A DNA stretch of 60,332 bases. Origin: Candidatus Poseidoniaceae archaeon. GTDB taxonomy: Archaea > Thermoplasmatota > Poseidoniia > Poseidoniales > Poseidoniaceae. Shown piece after piece: positions 47,879 through 57,717 of this stretch. The translations under genes and the position numbers were made by a program. The DNA is taken from contig JBMYVD010000006.1 in assembly GCA_049606035.1 (NCBI GenBank), forward strand, positions 1 through 60,332, written 5' to 3'. The stretch's first letter is position 1. Every line of letters starts with the position of its first letter. The notes below the pieces were generated by a model that saw nothing but the letters and a program-made list of their open reading frames with translations, made no database searches and was not told where the DNA came from.

Positions 47879-48670
47879 ATGTTCAAAGGAAGGGTGGAAA
47901 AGGTCAGCCATGAGGGCGGTCTTTTAGTGAGTTATACTGGTGCATGCCCTGCATTAGGAAGTGTGATGGTAGACTCAAGTGAAACCTACATCGGCAAAGT
48001 CGACGGTGTGATTGGCAATCTCGAAAACTCCCTAGTCCACGTCGCTCACCTTGATAGGAAAGCTAACGCACAGGGAATGGTCGGCCTAGAGATAACAATC
48101 CGAAGCAAAAAACCTCGTGATAATCAGCGCTCAAGAGACAATAATCGCTCAAATGACAATCGACGAGATCGCAATGACTGGCGTTCTAATGATAGAGGGC
48201 GAAGAGACGATAGAGACAGAGGTCGCTCAAGGGATGACAGAGGTAGGGGTCGTTCAAGAGATGACAGAGGTGGCAATCGTAGAGATAGAGGTGACAACCG
48301 TCGCCAAAATGACAACCACTCCAGAAATGATTGGGATTGTGGAGAATGTGGCAACTCTAATTTTTCATTCAGAACAGAATGCAACCGTTGTGGAGCGCCA
48401 AAGGGACGTGGCGGCAGAGGTCCAACAAAACAGTGGAATGGCAACGATAGAAGGCCTGGCGATAGAAATGAGGGGCCAGAACCTCGTGCAGGAGATTGGG
48501 AATGCCGCAAGTGCAAGAAGATGAACTTCGCAAAGAGAAACGAATGTTTCAGTTGTAGAACTCCAAAACGTGTTGGTGGACCAAAGAAAAAGGGCCATCA
48601 CAGGAGTCATAGAGACCCTCCTCCTCTTCACTCAGCAAAATACGGCAGAGGTAGGAGGGATGACAGGTGA
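47879..48670 (+). CDS. Gar1/Naf1-like domain + RG/RD-rich linker + two RanBP2-type zinc fingers
   Basis: N-terminal G.V..V...G.L.V.....P.LG..VD.....IGKV..VIG pattern; two W-x-C-x2-C-x3-N-x6-C-x2-C fingers. Confidence 0.8.
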   Translation: MFKGRVEKVSHEGGLLVSYTGACPALGSVMVDSSETYIGKVDGVIGNLENSLVHVAHLDRKANAQGMVGLEITIRSKKPRDNQRSRDNNRSNDNRRDRNDWRSNDRGRRDDRDRGRSRDDRGRGRSRDDRGGNRRDRGDNRRQNDNHSRNDWDCGECGNSNFSFRTECNRCGAPKGRGGRGPTKQWNGNDRRPGDRNEGPEPRAGDWECRKCKKMNFAKRNECFSCRTPKRVGGPKKKGHHRSHRDPPPLHSAKYGRGRRDDR

Positions 48671-49704
48671 GTGCTGAGGGCCATTACCTCGATGCGATTG
48701 AAGCGGAAGAAGATGGTGATTTTGACGCTGCTTTAGAGCACGCCCAAATGGCTGTAAAATCTGACCCAGAACATTCCAATGCTTGGTGGATGGTCACTTG
48801 TTTGTTGGCTCCAGATGGCAAATACCCAGATATCGAACAGGCGTCAAAAGCCCTTGCCGCCTGTACAAAAGTCGTCGAATTAGACCCTACAAGAGTTGAC
48901 GCATGGGTCAAAGGTGGACGCTTGATGGTCGACCACTTAGGTCTGTTTGAGGACGCACTTCACTGGTGGCAGAGATGCAGAGAAGCTGCACCGCTTGAAT
49001 CCGTACCTATTCTAGAACAAACCACAATTCTAGCAGATCTTGGAATGTACCCTGAGGCAAGGGACAGATTGAGTGCTCTATTCGAGGAAAACTTGGACAT
49101 ATCTAACTCACAATTGGCAAAAGTAAGTCAGTTACACAAGACGCTGGAAATGTCTGCTCAGCAGGACACTAATTCCCATTTCAAACCGTGGAAGAAGAAT
49201 GATGGTGGATGGACTGCAATCAAAATGCGTGCTAACAAAGCACCGGTTTCTGAGAATTTGCTATTCATGATGACTACAATTCCTTTCCTCATGATGGAAG
49301 TATTCCTATCTCGCTCATTATTTGGCGATGGATGGCAGGGGTTTTGTTTCACTAGCATCCTAATCCTAGTAACCGTGATAATTGGTATGGGGTTCACAAG
49401 AAGGCTATACAGAAGTGTGAACAAGCCTGGATTCAACCTACTACGAGCGATACAATTCGAAGCAAGCAGTGCTAGATTAGTTATCCCTAGCGATATTCGA
49501 ATGGGGAAACTATACCTTTTCCTATTCTCAAGACACCCGCCAGCATTCCAGCAAAGGCTGGAGAGAATCATTGAATCTGGTAAGAGCCTTCCAAAAAATT
49601 GGAAAATGAATTTACCTGATTTCGATTCTCATCTCGATGAAATAGGATACATCGAGGATGGCAGTGAGGACTCGTCTGAACTCTCTTCTTACGAAGAAGA
49701 GTGA
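48667..49704 (+). CDS. TPR-repeat protein with two C-terminal TM helices
   Basis: TPR-like repeats (AVKSDPEHSNAW, VVELDPTRVDAW); GTGA overlap. Confidence 0.7.
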   Translation: MSAEGHYLDAIEAEEDGDFDAALEHAQMAVKSDPEHSNAWWMVTCLLAPDGKYPDIEQASKALAACTKVVELDPTRVDAWVKGGRLMVDHLGLFEDALHWWQRCREAAPLESVPILEQTTILADLGMYPEARDRLSALFEENLDISNSQLAKVSQLHKTLEMSAQQDTNSHFKPWKKNDGGWTAIKMRANKAPVSENLLFMMTTIPFLMMEVFLSRSLFGDGWQGFCFTSILILVTVIIGMGFTRRLYRSVNKPGFNLLRAIQFEASSARLVIPSDIRMGKLYLFLFSRHPPAFQQRLERIIESGKSLPKNWKMNLPDFDSHLDEIGYIEDGSEDSSELSSYEEE

Positions 49705-50970
49705 TCATGTACCTGCAGTGTAGTCTTTAGAGTATGCAATCTGCTCTTCAGTTAATTCATCGATTGAGAATCCTAAAGTGCTTAATTTTGTGGTTGCAAG
49801 GTCCATGTCTTGCTCCAGAGTGATGTCGTAAACCTTGGAATCCATGTCTGAGCCTTCTGCTGCTAGGCGGCAAAGTGAAAGGAATTGATTTGCGAAACTC
49901 ATGTCCATTACCTCAGAAGGATGACCTTCTGCTGCTGCAAGATTGACCAAACGACCCTCTGCTAGAAGGTGGACCTTTCTGCCATCCTTTAGGGTGTATT
50001 CTTGATTCTCAGCACGAATGGTTCGTACTGATTGTGACCTTTCTGCTAAATCATCGATATTGATTTCACAGTCGTAATGTCCTGTGTTAGAGATGATTGC
50101 ACCATCTTTCATAACGTCAAAATGACGTCCAACAATTACGTCCTTAATTCCAGTTGCAGTGCAGAAAATATCTCCTAAAGCAGCGGCTTCATCCATCTTC
50201 ATGACTCGGAAACCATCCATTACTGCTCTGAGTCCGGGTAGTGGGTCAACTTCTGTAATGATGACGTTAGCACCCATTCCACGAGCACGCATTGCGACTC
50301 CTTTTCCACAGTGTCCGTATCCTGCAACGACGAATGTCTTTCCTGCAATCAGGACACTTGTTGAACGAAGAATACCATCAATTGTTGATTGCCCGGTACC
50401 GTATACATTGTCAAAGTCCCACTTTGTGATTGCATCATTCACTGCGATTACTGGATATCTCAAATCTCCAGCCTCGGCCATTGCTCTAAGTCTGTGTACA
50501 CCTGTTGTTGTCTCCTCTGTACCGCCAATTACCCCGGCAGCATATTCAGATTTGTCACCATGAACTCTGACGATTAAGTCGGCACCATCATCAAGGGTTA
50601 GAGTTGGTTTGAACTCTAGGGTCCTATCGATGCACCAATAGAAGTCCTCAACCGATTGACCGTGCCAAGCATGTATAGAGTATCCTTCACTTGCTAACCA
50701 TGCTGCTACCTCATCTTGAGTTGAAAGAGGATTACAGCCTGACCATGACAACTCAGCGCCAGCCGCCCTAATAGTTTCGATAAGAACTGCGGTTTCTTTC
50801 GTGACGTGTAAACATCCAGCAACACGCATACCTGCTAGCGGTTTGTCCTTCTCTGCCTTGGCACGTAATGCTGCTAGAACAGGCATTCTAGACCTTGCCC
50901 AATCTACGAGTAAAGCACCCTGATCAGCGAGGCTCAAATCTGCAACGGTATACAACTCACTCTTGTCCAT
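49705..50970 (-). CDS. ahcY: Adenosylhomocysteinase
   Basis: GCLHVT, GCNPLSTQD, DDGADL, EETTTG, FDNVYGTGQS, GYGHCGKG and EGRLVNL..AEGHP. Confidence 0.97.
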   Translation of the reverse strand: MDKSELYTVADLSLADQGALLVDWARSRMPVLAALRAKAEKDKPLAGMRVAGCLHVTKETAVLIETIRAAGAELSWSGCNPLSTQDEVAAWLASEGYSIHAWHGQSVEDFYWCIDRTLEFKPTLTLDDGADLIVRVHGDKSEYAAGVIGGTEETTTGVHRLRAMAEAGDLRYPVIAVNDAITKWDFDNVYGTGQSTIDGILRSTSVLIAGKTFVVAGYGHCGKGVAMRARGMGANVIITEVDPLPGLRAVMDGFRVMKMDEAAALGDIFCTATGIKDVIVGRHFDVMKDGAIISNTGHYDCEINIDDLAERSQSVRTIRAENQEYTLKDGRKVHLLAEGRLVNLAAAEGHPSEVMDMSFANQFLSLCRLAAEGSDMDSKVYDITLEQDMDLATTKLSTLGFSIDELTEEQIAYSKDYTAGT

Positions 50971-51011
50971 GAACACCGGCGAGTACGCATCCCTCATAGA
51001 ACAATCGGTTA

Positions 51012-51046
51012 CACAATTCACCCCCGTTTTAAGGGGGTGAATTATG
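51012..51046 (-). terminator. Strong stem-loop after the giant surface protein gene (terminator or RNA-stabilising hairpin)
   Basis: Perfect 11-bp IR AATTCACCCCC-GTTTTAA-GGGGGTGAATT (51015-51043), extendable to 14 bp with one G-U pair on the minus strand. Confidence 0.55.
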
Positions 51047-51057
51047 CCCTAATTCCG

Positions 51058-54000
51058 CTATTGTTGTTGCTGGAAATGTCCGGCATATTGTTGGGCATAG
51101 GCCCGGGCCGTTTCCTCAGGATATCCTTGGGCAATCAGTTGTTGGACGTATTGCTCCATTGGATCCATCTGAGCAACACCAGCGTATCCAGCTGCGGTTG
51201 CACCGAAATCATCGCCCATTGAAGAATCGATGATGTCTCCTTCCTTTCCACCTCTTAGAACGAAGAAGAGGGAGAGAATTACCAATACAGCAATTCCGAT
51301 TCCTCCGCCCAGGTATAGCATCAGATTGTCGTCTTCAGATGCTACCTCGTCGCTCTCTGGAGCCTTGTCAGGAATACCGTCTCCGTCTGAGTCAGTATAC
51401 TCTCCTGACCACTCACATTTGCTGGTTGTTGCATTCCAAATCCAGTATGCATCTGGTTCAGCATCTACAACTTCAGTAGGCGGAGTTATTCCTTGACATG
51501 CCGGCAATACAATCTGGATGTCGTATATGATTGGCCATCTCTTGTCATCACCTTCGTAAATCTTCAGATAGATTCTCCTGTCAAAGTCCGTCTCATTGGT
51601 GAACAAGTCACTGATGGTTAGAGTTAGGGAGAAGTCATCATTGTCTCCCAAAGCCTCTGACTTTGCCCACTTTCCTTCTAACTGTAGTGTATACTTTGCA
51701 ACAGCAGTTTGGTCGAATGTAGATTCGTCTAATGCTGCTTCGACGTAAACATCTCCCTGTTCAGCACCATCTAAGATTGTACCACTCAGTGTTATGGTGT
51801 CTGTTACAACCTGTGTGCCGTTCAATGACAAGTCTAGTTGGACGGTTGGTTCTGCGTCACCGAATCCTTCTGGAACAACTGAGAAGTACATCTTGTACTT
51901 GTCAGAACTCTTTCCTGCTTGGTCGAATACAACCAATTCGATACGGATTAGTGATTCTGTTTGACCACTTGGGTCAACTGTTACGTTGTTGAATTGATAT
52001 GACCACTTACCGTCACTCGAACTAGGAGTAACGAAAGTGTGGCCATCCAACTTGTAATTGTCTTCATCGTATGGCTTGTCGAACAGTACTGTCCACTCGT
52101 ATTGTTCGATACCGTTTCCAGTCAGAGCGTCAGCGTCTGAAGAGTTGCCAGCATCGAAATGGATGACTAGAGAACCTGTATCATCTAGATGAAGTCTCTT
52201 TTGAGGCCAATCTACACCTGAAACGGTCTTGAGACCTTGGTCTTCAATTCTGTCTTCGTATTCAGCACGCATATCGATTTCTACGTCTGCAATAGGTCTG
52301 TATTCGTCTGCTCTTGTGTCATCTGTTTGGACGGTTACTGAGATAGTCCTCGAGTGACCTTCATCATCGTGCAGATACAGAGTAATTTCCCAAGTTGCTC
52401 CCTGAAGACATCCTGTAGCAGAGGATAAGTCGACCTTACAGAATTGAACCATTGGGTTTGCTACATCTGTGTGGTCTGTGCCACTAGCCATTGATGCTCC
52501 CATCCAATCTGTAGGTCCGCTCATTACCCAGTCTGTGTTTAGATTCTCTGTGGAGGTTGTTTGGAATCCGAAGGTTACCTCGGAGTTACTCTTCATGTAA
52601 TGGTATGCATATCCGCCTGTTGATGGGTCGAAGGATGGTACTTCCCCGTTGATGGTTAGGTCCAATCCGTTTCCAAGCGTACCGAACCCTTGAGGGTATG
52701 GTGACACGTGGTAATCTAGCATGTTTCCTAGTAGTGGGAAGGTAGAGCTGTCTGCTCTCTCAGATACGCTTTCCACGTCGATTGTTGTGACTATCAATCC
52801 TCCATCCACGTAACTGCATACACCAAGAACAGTGTCCTGGGAATCTGCCTGAGATTGTATCAATCTCTGGAAGGACCCCCCTTCCTCTGAGTATCCACCA
52901 CATGCACGTGGTATCGCTGTCGAAGATGCGCTCTTTGTATTGACAATCGCCTCAGTTACGGTTCCGAACTGGTCGAATCCTTGGAATGCTGCTAGGTCAA
53001 CACCGTCCAAAATTGGGTGATATGGATCTGCGACTTCCATGTTGTTGTAGGTGATTCTTGTCTCTGGCGTGTCTCTAGGCTGAATGTGCATGTCAAACGG
53101 CAAGAGGCTCTCACCTGTTGATGATGAGTACTCATAGTAGTCAGTAGCACTGGAGAGGTGTACTTGCACAGTACCACCAGATGACATGAAGTTCTTCAAT
53201 GCGTTTTGGTTTGTAGATGAACCAATCAACTCATAGTATCCCTTTCCACCCTCATCACTCGGCTTAGCTGTGTTTACATCTTGCTGAGGCATGATGACCT
53301 TGTCGTAGTGTACAAGCCATCCTAGGTCTAGGTATTCACTCCAATCGTTGATGTTGTACTGAGTGTATGTCATTCCAAGAATTACCAAATCCTCCTTGAT
53401 CGCTGTAACTCTTGCTGAGTCTCCTGATAGGATTGCGACATCAACATCGTATGCAAATCCAGCGTGGAAGTATCGTGTGTTACCGGAGGAACTGCCGTCT
53501 GGCAAGGTTGCGTGGTAACTGATATTGTACTTGTGACCGTCCATCCAACCGTTCCATGGTGTGAAGGTGACCGTAGTCCTCTCGTTTGCTGCGAGGGTTT
53601 GGCTAGGTCCAGCAGTTGTTGTGTGAACTTGTGCTCCAGTATCCATGTCGACTACAGTCATGTGGAATGTGTAATCTCCTTGCAGAACACCGTTTGTTGC
53701 AGATAGCGACCAGTCGTGTTCTGTTACGTTGTCAATTGGTAGGATACAATCTAGAACAACATCTGACAAACAGGAAAGGGTATCTGGTTTACCGAGTGTA
53801 ATATCCACGCTTTCAACCGAGAAGATTACTCTAGCCAGGTTGTTTGCAACTGAAATTTCTTCAGCACCGAACCATGGTGTTCCTTGGGTTGTGTTGTCAA
53901 AGATTGACTCAACTTCAATCATGTAAACTCCGGAAACGAAGTCGTGGTTTGATACTGTGATTGTCCTGTTTTCTTCAGCATCGAGGTCTACAACAGATGT

Positions 54001-57000
54001 GCTGTAAACCGCATCCTGAGTGAATGAGAACTCTTGCAGAGAGATGTTGTCGAATGCAACACCGCGTACACCGTCATTCTGTCCATTGTGGATATCATCA
54101 TTGGAGCGGAACTCGAAGTTGATATCTACTACAGATCCTGCTAGACTGATACACTCATCCGACCAATCGTTAGTATCTGCAGATGTTGTGTTGAAGATGT
54201 ACAGGTGAGTCAAGTCGATGCTCCTACTCTGTACAAGACCGTCAGTGTTGTAGAATACGTTGTAGTTTCCAGAACCACCGTTTACGTTAGTAGGGTCACC
54301 GATATACTCGATTTCAGTGTTGTCGATTGTTGTCTCATTAACTGGGTCAATGAATCCATTGTCGTCCTCATCAACGATACAGAAACCGTCTTCGTTGTAG
54401 TCATTCCACTGGCCGTAGATTAGACCGCTGTAGTCGTTGCCTCCAGTAGTCCAGTCAGCTGTAATTGCAGCGTAATCGTTCACGTCAGTGGTTTGTCCAG
54501 ATTGCTGGATGTCGAACCATGTTTCAGCGAAATATTCGAAGTTTAGAGCAACGAAGTCTCCACTCATGCTCGTCAAATCGATGTCAGGAATGGTTAGGGT
54601 TTCATTCTCCCAAACGCTGCCGTAACTGTTTGGTGTGTCACAAGGATGACCGAACCAGTATGCGTTTGAACCGAATACCTTCTCTGGACATGATGAATCA
54701 TCTAGGATTCCACCGTTTGCGTTACCGTCATCGGTGTATCTGAATCCGGATGAACCACCCTCGAATCCTTCATCGCAAACAACGAGTGGAGATCCACAGT
54801 AAACATCTGTTGGAAGCGCGCTGAATACCGTGGCCTCAAGATCAAATGTTACGTTGGTGTTTCCAAGATGCTCTACCTTTACGTTGACTGGGAAGTTACC
54901 CTCTGCGTACAAACTACCAGGTTTGAAATCTTCAATTCCGACAACTCCGGGGTCGAACAGATTGAACGCAGTAACATACCCAACGATTTCATCGTTAGCA
55001 GGTTGTTCGTCTTGACCGTAGTTCAGTACTGCTGAGATACGATAAGTAGTGCCATTTGTGAAATCTGCTGAAATTGCAGATGTGTAATCCTCGTTTGGAG
55101 CAAGGTTGTTCATGTTGATGTTTGACTGTTGGGTCTGAACATTACTTGTGAATACAGTGTTCTGCTTCCAAATAGTGACGTTGTCAATTGCAAATCCATC
55201 ACGGCCACTCCAAAGTGATTCATTGGAACCCAGGGAGCCTTCCCAACCAGACTTGAATCTAAATCTGATATCGATAGTTTCGCCAGCGAACCTTGACAAC
55301 TCGAAAGCACCTAATCCCTCTTCAGTGAAGTTGCCCCAACCGTACTGAGTACCTGGGATTGCTCCTCCATATCGGTAAATTGCTGCATCTAGACCTGTGT
55401 TAGCTTCACTTTCTACTCTACCGTTGTCATATCCACCCCAGTAACTGGTTCCTGAAGCACACTGTCCTGCGAAGTAGGCTGTGTTTGGACAGTTCAGTAG
55501 AACCCATCCAACATCTTCTGAGAATACTTCAATCATTGCTGCATCGTCCCATACTTCAGCCAGAACAAATCCGTTCTGATCTTGAGAGTAAAGGTCTGCT
55601 AGACCGAGATGGCGGAAAATTTCCAGACTCATCCAAGCACGGTCTGCACCAGTCAAGTCCACGTCATTTAGAACCAAACCTTCGTCCCAGTTTGGCTCAT
55701 ATCCAGACCAAGTGTCTCCGCTGGAGTTTGTCTTCATTAGACCAGACCACATGAAATCGGTTGGGTTGTTTGCGTTAGCAGCCTCTGATGCTGCATTGTT
55801 ACCGGAGGTGTGACCTACAGTGCTGTTTGCTGCTACTTCCTCGTGCCAGTGAGCAACCCCGTAGTATGCTTCAGTTGACCAAGTACATCCTGTTCCACAA
55901 CCACTTCTGTCTTCGGGATTGTCCCAATCCATTGCATAGACTGTGACGTTGCTGGATGCTGCTTCATCAACTTCCTTGATTTCAACATCAAGTGTCGCTT
56001 GGCCGTTTAGAATATCCATTCCCGTGTTGGTTACTGTAACCTCGACTTCACGAGTTCCTTCACCGAGTGCGCCAACGTATGCATCTGTTGGGCTGATGTC
56101 AATACTAGAAACTGCGAGGTCCTTGTTATCCATCTCAATAACGACGATTCTGTCATAGGAACCATCCCAGCCAAAATTGTCATCGTAAGTGAATTGGTCG
56201 TAAGCACCGTGTCCGACAATCAAGTCAGGGGCACTGTTTGGACCACCAATGACTTGTCCAACAGCGACTGTAGTAGGTCTCATTGCACCGAAGTATTCCA
56301 GTGGGCTCATGTGACCTCCACCACCGTTAGAAAGTGTTACCTGGACGCTAGTTGGTAGGTTCAGATAGTAAGTTGAAGTAGTCTCTCCAGTGGACGAGGT
56401 AGAGTTGGACTGTCTAAACTTAGCAGCGTGAACGAAGTCCGGTTCTCCATCGCCATTCAACTCTGCGACAGTGACTTCCCATGCGATGTATGGTCCGAAG
56501 TACACTGTCTTGGTTTGACTGAATGTGTGTGTTGATTGAGTAATTGTTGCATAACTCACGTTTTCGGTGTTTGCGTCGTTCATTGCCACTACGTCAATAA
56601 TGCCGTCTTCATCCATGTCTCCGATGTCGAAGCCACCGAATTCTACTCCTAGTTGGTGATTGTGGGCAGATCCTGTGTATCCTACACCTGTACCTTGACC
56701 GCCAGTGGTGGCCCAAGCGAAGGAATCAGGGAATTTGTTAGAGTTACAATCGAATTCAATTACGGTTACGTTGTCTGAGTGTCCAGGTGTAGTGCTTGTA
56801 CCTGTTAGGTAATCGACACCTTCTGCTCTGACAAGCCACATGTCGACGTCGTCACAAGAGCCGCTGATGCTAGTCTGAGATGGCTCACCCCAGTCTCCCA
56901 GTTCAAGATCTCTGTAAGCGTTTTGAGTTGAATCACCTAGAAGTGTAACCTGTCCCTGAGTTGATGAAGTAATTGGACCCATGTAAGTTACAGCTCTCTG

Positions 57001-57600
57001 ATTCTTTATGTCTGCAAGTAATTCAAGAGTTACGATGTCGTCGTTTCCATCGCCGTTCAAATCTGCGACTGCTAGGTCCCACATCCAAATTACATCGTAT
57101 TGCTCTCCGATAGAGAAAGTTTGCTCGTTACATCCACCATTTTCGATGATGGTTACGTTTCCTGGAGTGTCAACAACAAGCGCACCTGAAGCGTCTTGGG
57201 TCAGAGGCCTGTTTCGTGCATAGATAACGATGTCAATCGCATTGTCACCTGTGAACTCTCCGACCTCAACCTGCTGGGTGTTGGAATGGTCTTCGAAATC
57301 TGCATCCTGGTTTTGATTAGCAGATGTCCAAATATCGGTCCTTTCTTGGAAATGTCCGTTTTCATTCCACAATACCGAAATCTTGGTACTGCGGTCGTTT
57401 GCTGTTACAATATCTAAATCACCGTCACAATCGAAGTCACCCAAAGCAACGTCTACAGGGTCTGTGTCGGTTGTATAGGTCCTTGAAGTCGAAGCAGACA
57501 CAAGGTTTGCGGCGGTCGTTGAAAGTAACATTACTAAAACTAAGAATAACGCTCTACCGCGTCCTTCTGCATTCATACTCTTCCAAAGCATCTTCATCAC
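51058..57600 (-). CDS. Giant cell-surface protein (2180 aa): FG-GAP/VCBS repeats, CARDB/Ig-like and jelly-roll modules, C-terminal TM
   Basis: Signal peptide; GDFDCDGDLDIV, ADLNGDGNDDIV, GDMDEDGIIDVV; IRFRFKS...DGFAIDNV; TM near the C-terminus. Confidence 0.85.
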   Translation of the reverse strand: MMKMLWKSMNAEGRGRALFLVLVMLLSTTAANLVSASTSRTYTTDTDPVDVALGDFDCDGDLDIVTANDRSTKISVLWNENGHFQERTDIWTSANQNQDADFEDHSNTQQVEVGEFTGDNAIDIVIYARNRPLTQDASGALVVDTPGNVTIIENGGCNEQTFSIGEQYDVIWMWDLAVADLNGDGNDDIVTLELLADIKNQRAVTYMGPITSSTQGQVTLLGDSTQNAYRDLELGDWGEPSQTSISGSCDDVDMWLVRAEGVDYLTGTSTTPGHSDNVTVIEFDCNSNKFPDSFAWATTGGQGTGVGYTGSAHNHQLGVEFGGFDIGDMDEDGIIDVVAMNDANTENVSYATITQSTHTFSQTKTVYFGPYIAWEVTVAELNGDGEPDFVHAAKFRQSNSTSSTGETTSTYYLNLPTSVQVTLSNGGGGHMSPLEYFGAMRPTTVAVGQVIGGPNSAPDLIVGHGAYDQFTYDDNFGWDGSYDRIVVIEMDNKDLAVSSIDISPTDAYVGALGEGTREVEVTVTNTGMDILNGQATLDVEIKEVDEAASSNVTVYAMDWDNPEDRSGCGTGCTWSTEAYYGVAHWHEEVAANSTVGHTSGNNAASEAANANNPTDFMWSGLMKTNSSGDTWSGYEPNWDEGLVLNDVDLTGADRAWMSLEIFRHLGLADLYSQDQNGFVLAEVWDDAAMIEVFSEDVGWVLLNCPNTAYFAGQCASGTSYWGGYDNGRVESEANTGLDAAIYRYGGAIPGTQYGWGNFTEEGLGAFELSRFAGETIDIRFRFKSGWEGSLGSNESLWSGRDGFAIDNVTIWKQNTVFTSNVQTQQSNINMNNLAPNEDYTSAISADFTNGTTYRISAVLNYGQDEQPANDEIVGYVTAFNLFDPGVVGIEDFKPGSLYAEGNFPVNVKVEHLGNTNVTFDLEATVFSALPTDVYCGSPLVVCDEGFEGGSSGFRYTDDGNANGGILDDSSCPEKVFGSNAYWFGHPCDTPNSYGSVWENETLTIPDIDLTSMSGDFVALNFEYFAETWFDIQQSGQTTDVNDYAAITADWTTGGNDYSGLIYGQWNDYNEDGFCIVDEDDNGFIDPVNETTIDNTEIEYIGDPTNVNGGSGNYNVFYNTDGLVQSRSIDLTHLYIFNTTSADTNDWSDECISLAGSVVDINFEFRSNDDIHNGQNDGVRGVAFDNISLQEFSFTQDAVYSTSVVDLDAEENRTITVSNHDFVSGVYMIEVESIFDNTTQGTPWFGAEEISVANNLARVIFSVESVDITLGKPDTLSCLSDVVLDCILPIDNVTEHDWSLSATNGVLQGDYTFHMTVVDMDTGAQVHTTTAGPSQTLAANERTTVTFTPWNGWMDGHKYNISYHATLPDGSSSGNTRYFHAGFAYDVDVAILSGDSARVTAIKEDLVILGMTYTQYNINDWSEYLDLGWLVHYDKVIMPQQDVNTAKPSDEGGKGYYELIGSSTNQNALKNFMSSGGTVQVHLSSATDYYEYSSSTGESLLPFDMHIQPRDTPETRITYNNMEVADPYHPILDGVDLAAFQGFDQFGTVTEAIVNTKSASSTAIPRACGGYSEEGGSFQRLIQSQADSQDTVLGVCSYVDGGLIVTTIDVESVSERADSSTFPLLGNMLDYHVSPYPQGFGTLGNGLDLTINGEVPSFDPSTGGYAYHYMKSNSEVTFGFQTTSTENLNTDWVMSGPTDWMGASMASGTDHTDVANPMVQFCKVDLSSATGCLQGATWEITLYLHDDEGHSRTISVTVQTDDTRADEYRPIADVEIDMRAEYEDRIEDQGLKTVSGVDWPQKRLHLDDTGSLVIHFDAGNSSDADALTGNGIEQYEWTVLFDKPYDEDNYKLDGHTFVTPSSSDGKWSYQFNNVTVDPSGQTESLIRIELVVFDQAGKSSDKYKMYFSVVPEGFGDAEPTVQLDLSLNGTQVVTDTITLSGTILDGAEQGDVYVEAALDESTFDQTAVAKYTLQLEGKWAKSEALGDNDDFSLTLTISDLFTNETDFDRRIYLKIYEGDDKRWPIIYDIQIVLPACQGITPPTEVVDAEPDAYWIWNATTSKCEWSGEYTDSDGDGIPDKAPESDEVASEDDNLMLYLGGGIGIAVLVILSLFFVLRGGKEGDIIDSSMGDDFGATAAGYAGVAQMDPMEQYVQQLIAQGYPEETARAYAQQYAGHFQQQQ

Positions 57601-57717
57601 TCGTTTCTGCGGACTCTAACTACCACTTTAATTCCTTTGGAATGATGTCTGAATGCAATTTAGACAAACGGTGCGCAGTAAGCCGTTTTTCCCAAAGAGG
57701 AAATATTTCTAACTGAT

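Noticed and set aside
48110-48330. Tandem repeats resembling a CRISPR or VNTR
   Set aside because: Imperfect in-frame codon repeats encoding the RD/RG region; no repeat-spacer structure and no cas genes
50971-51057. SAH riboswitch upstream of ahcY
   Set aside because: No recognisable SAH riboswitch consensus; only a simple hairpin
57645-57692. Two short hairpins upstream of the giant surface protein gene
   Set aside because: Stems of only about 6 bp, expected by chance; no ncRNA family recognised
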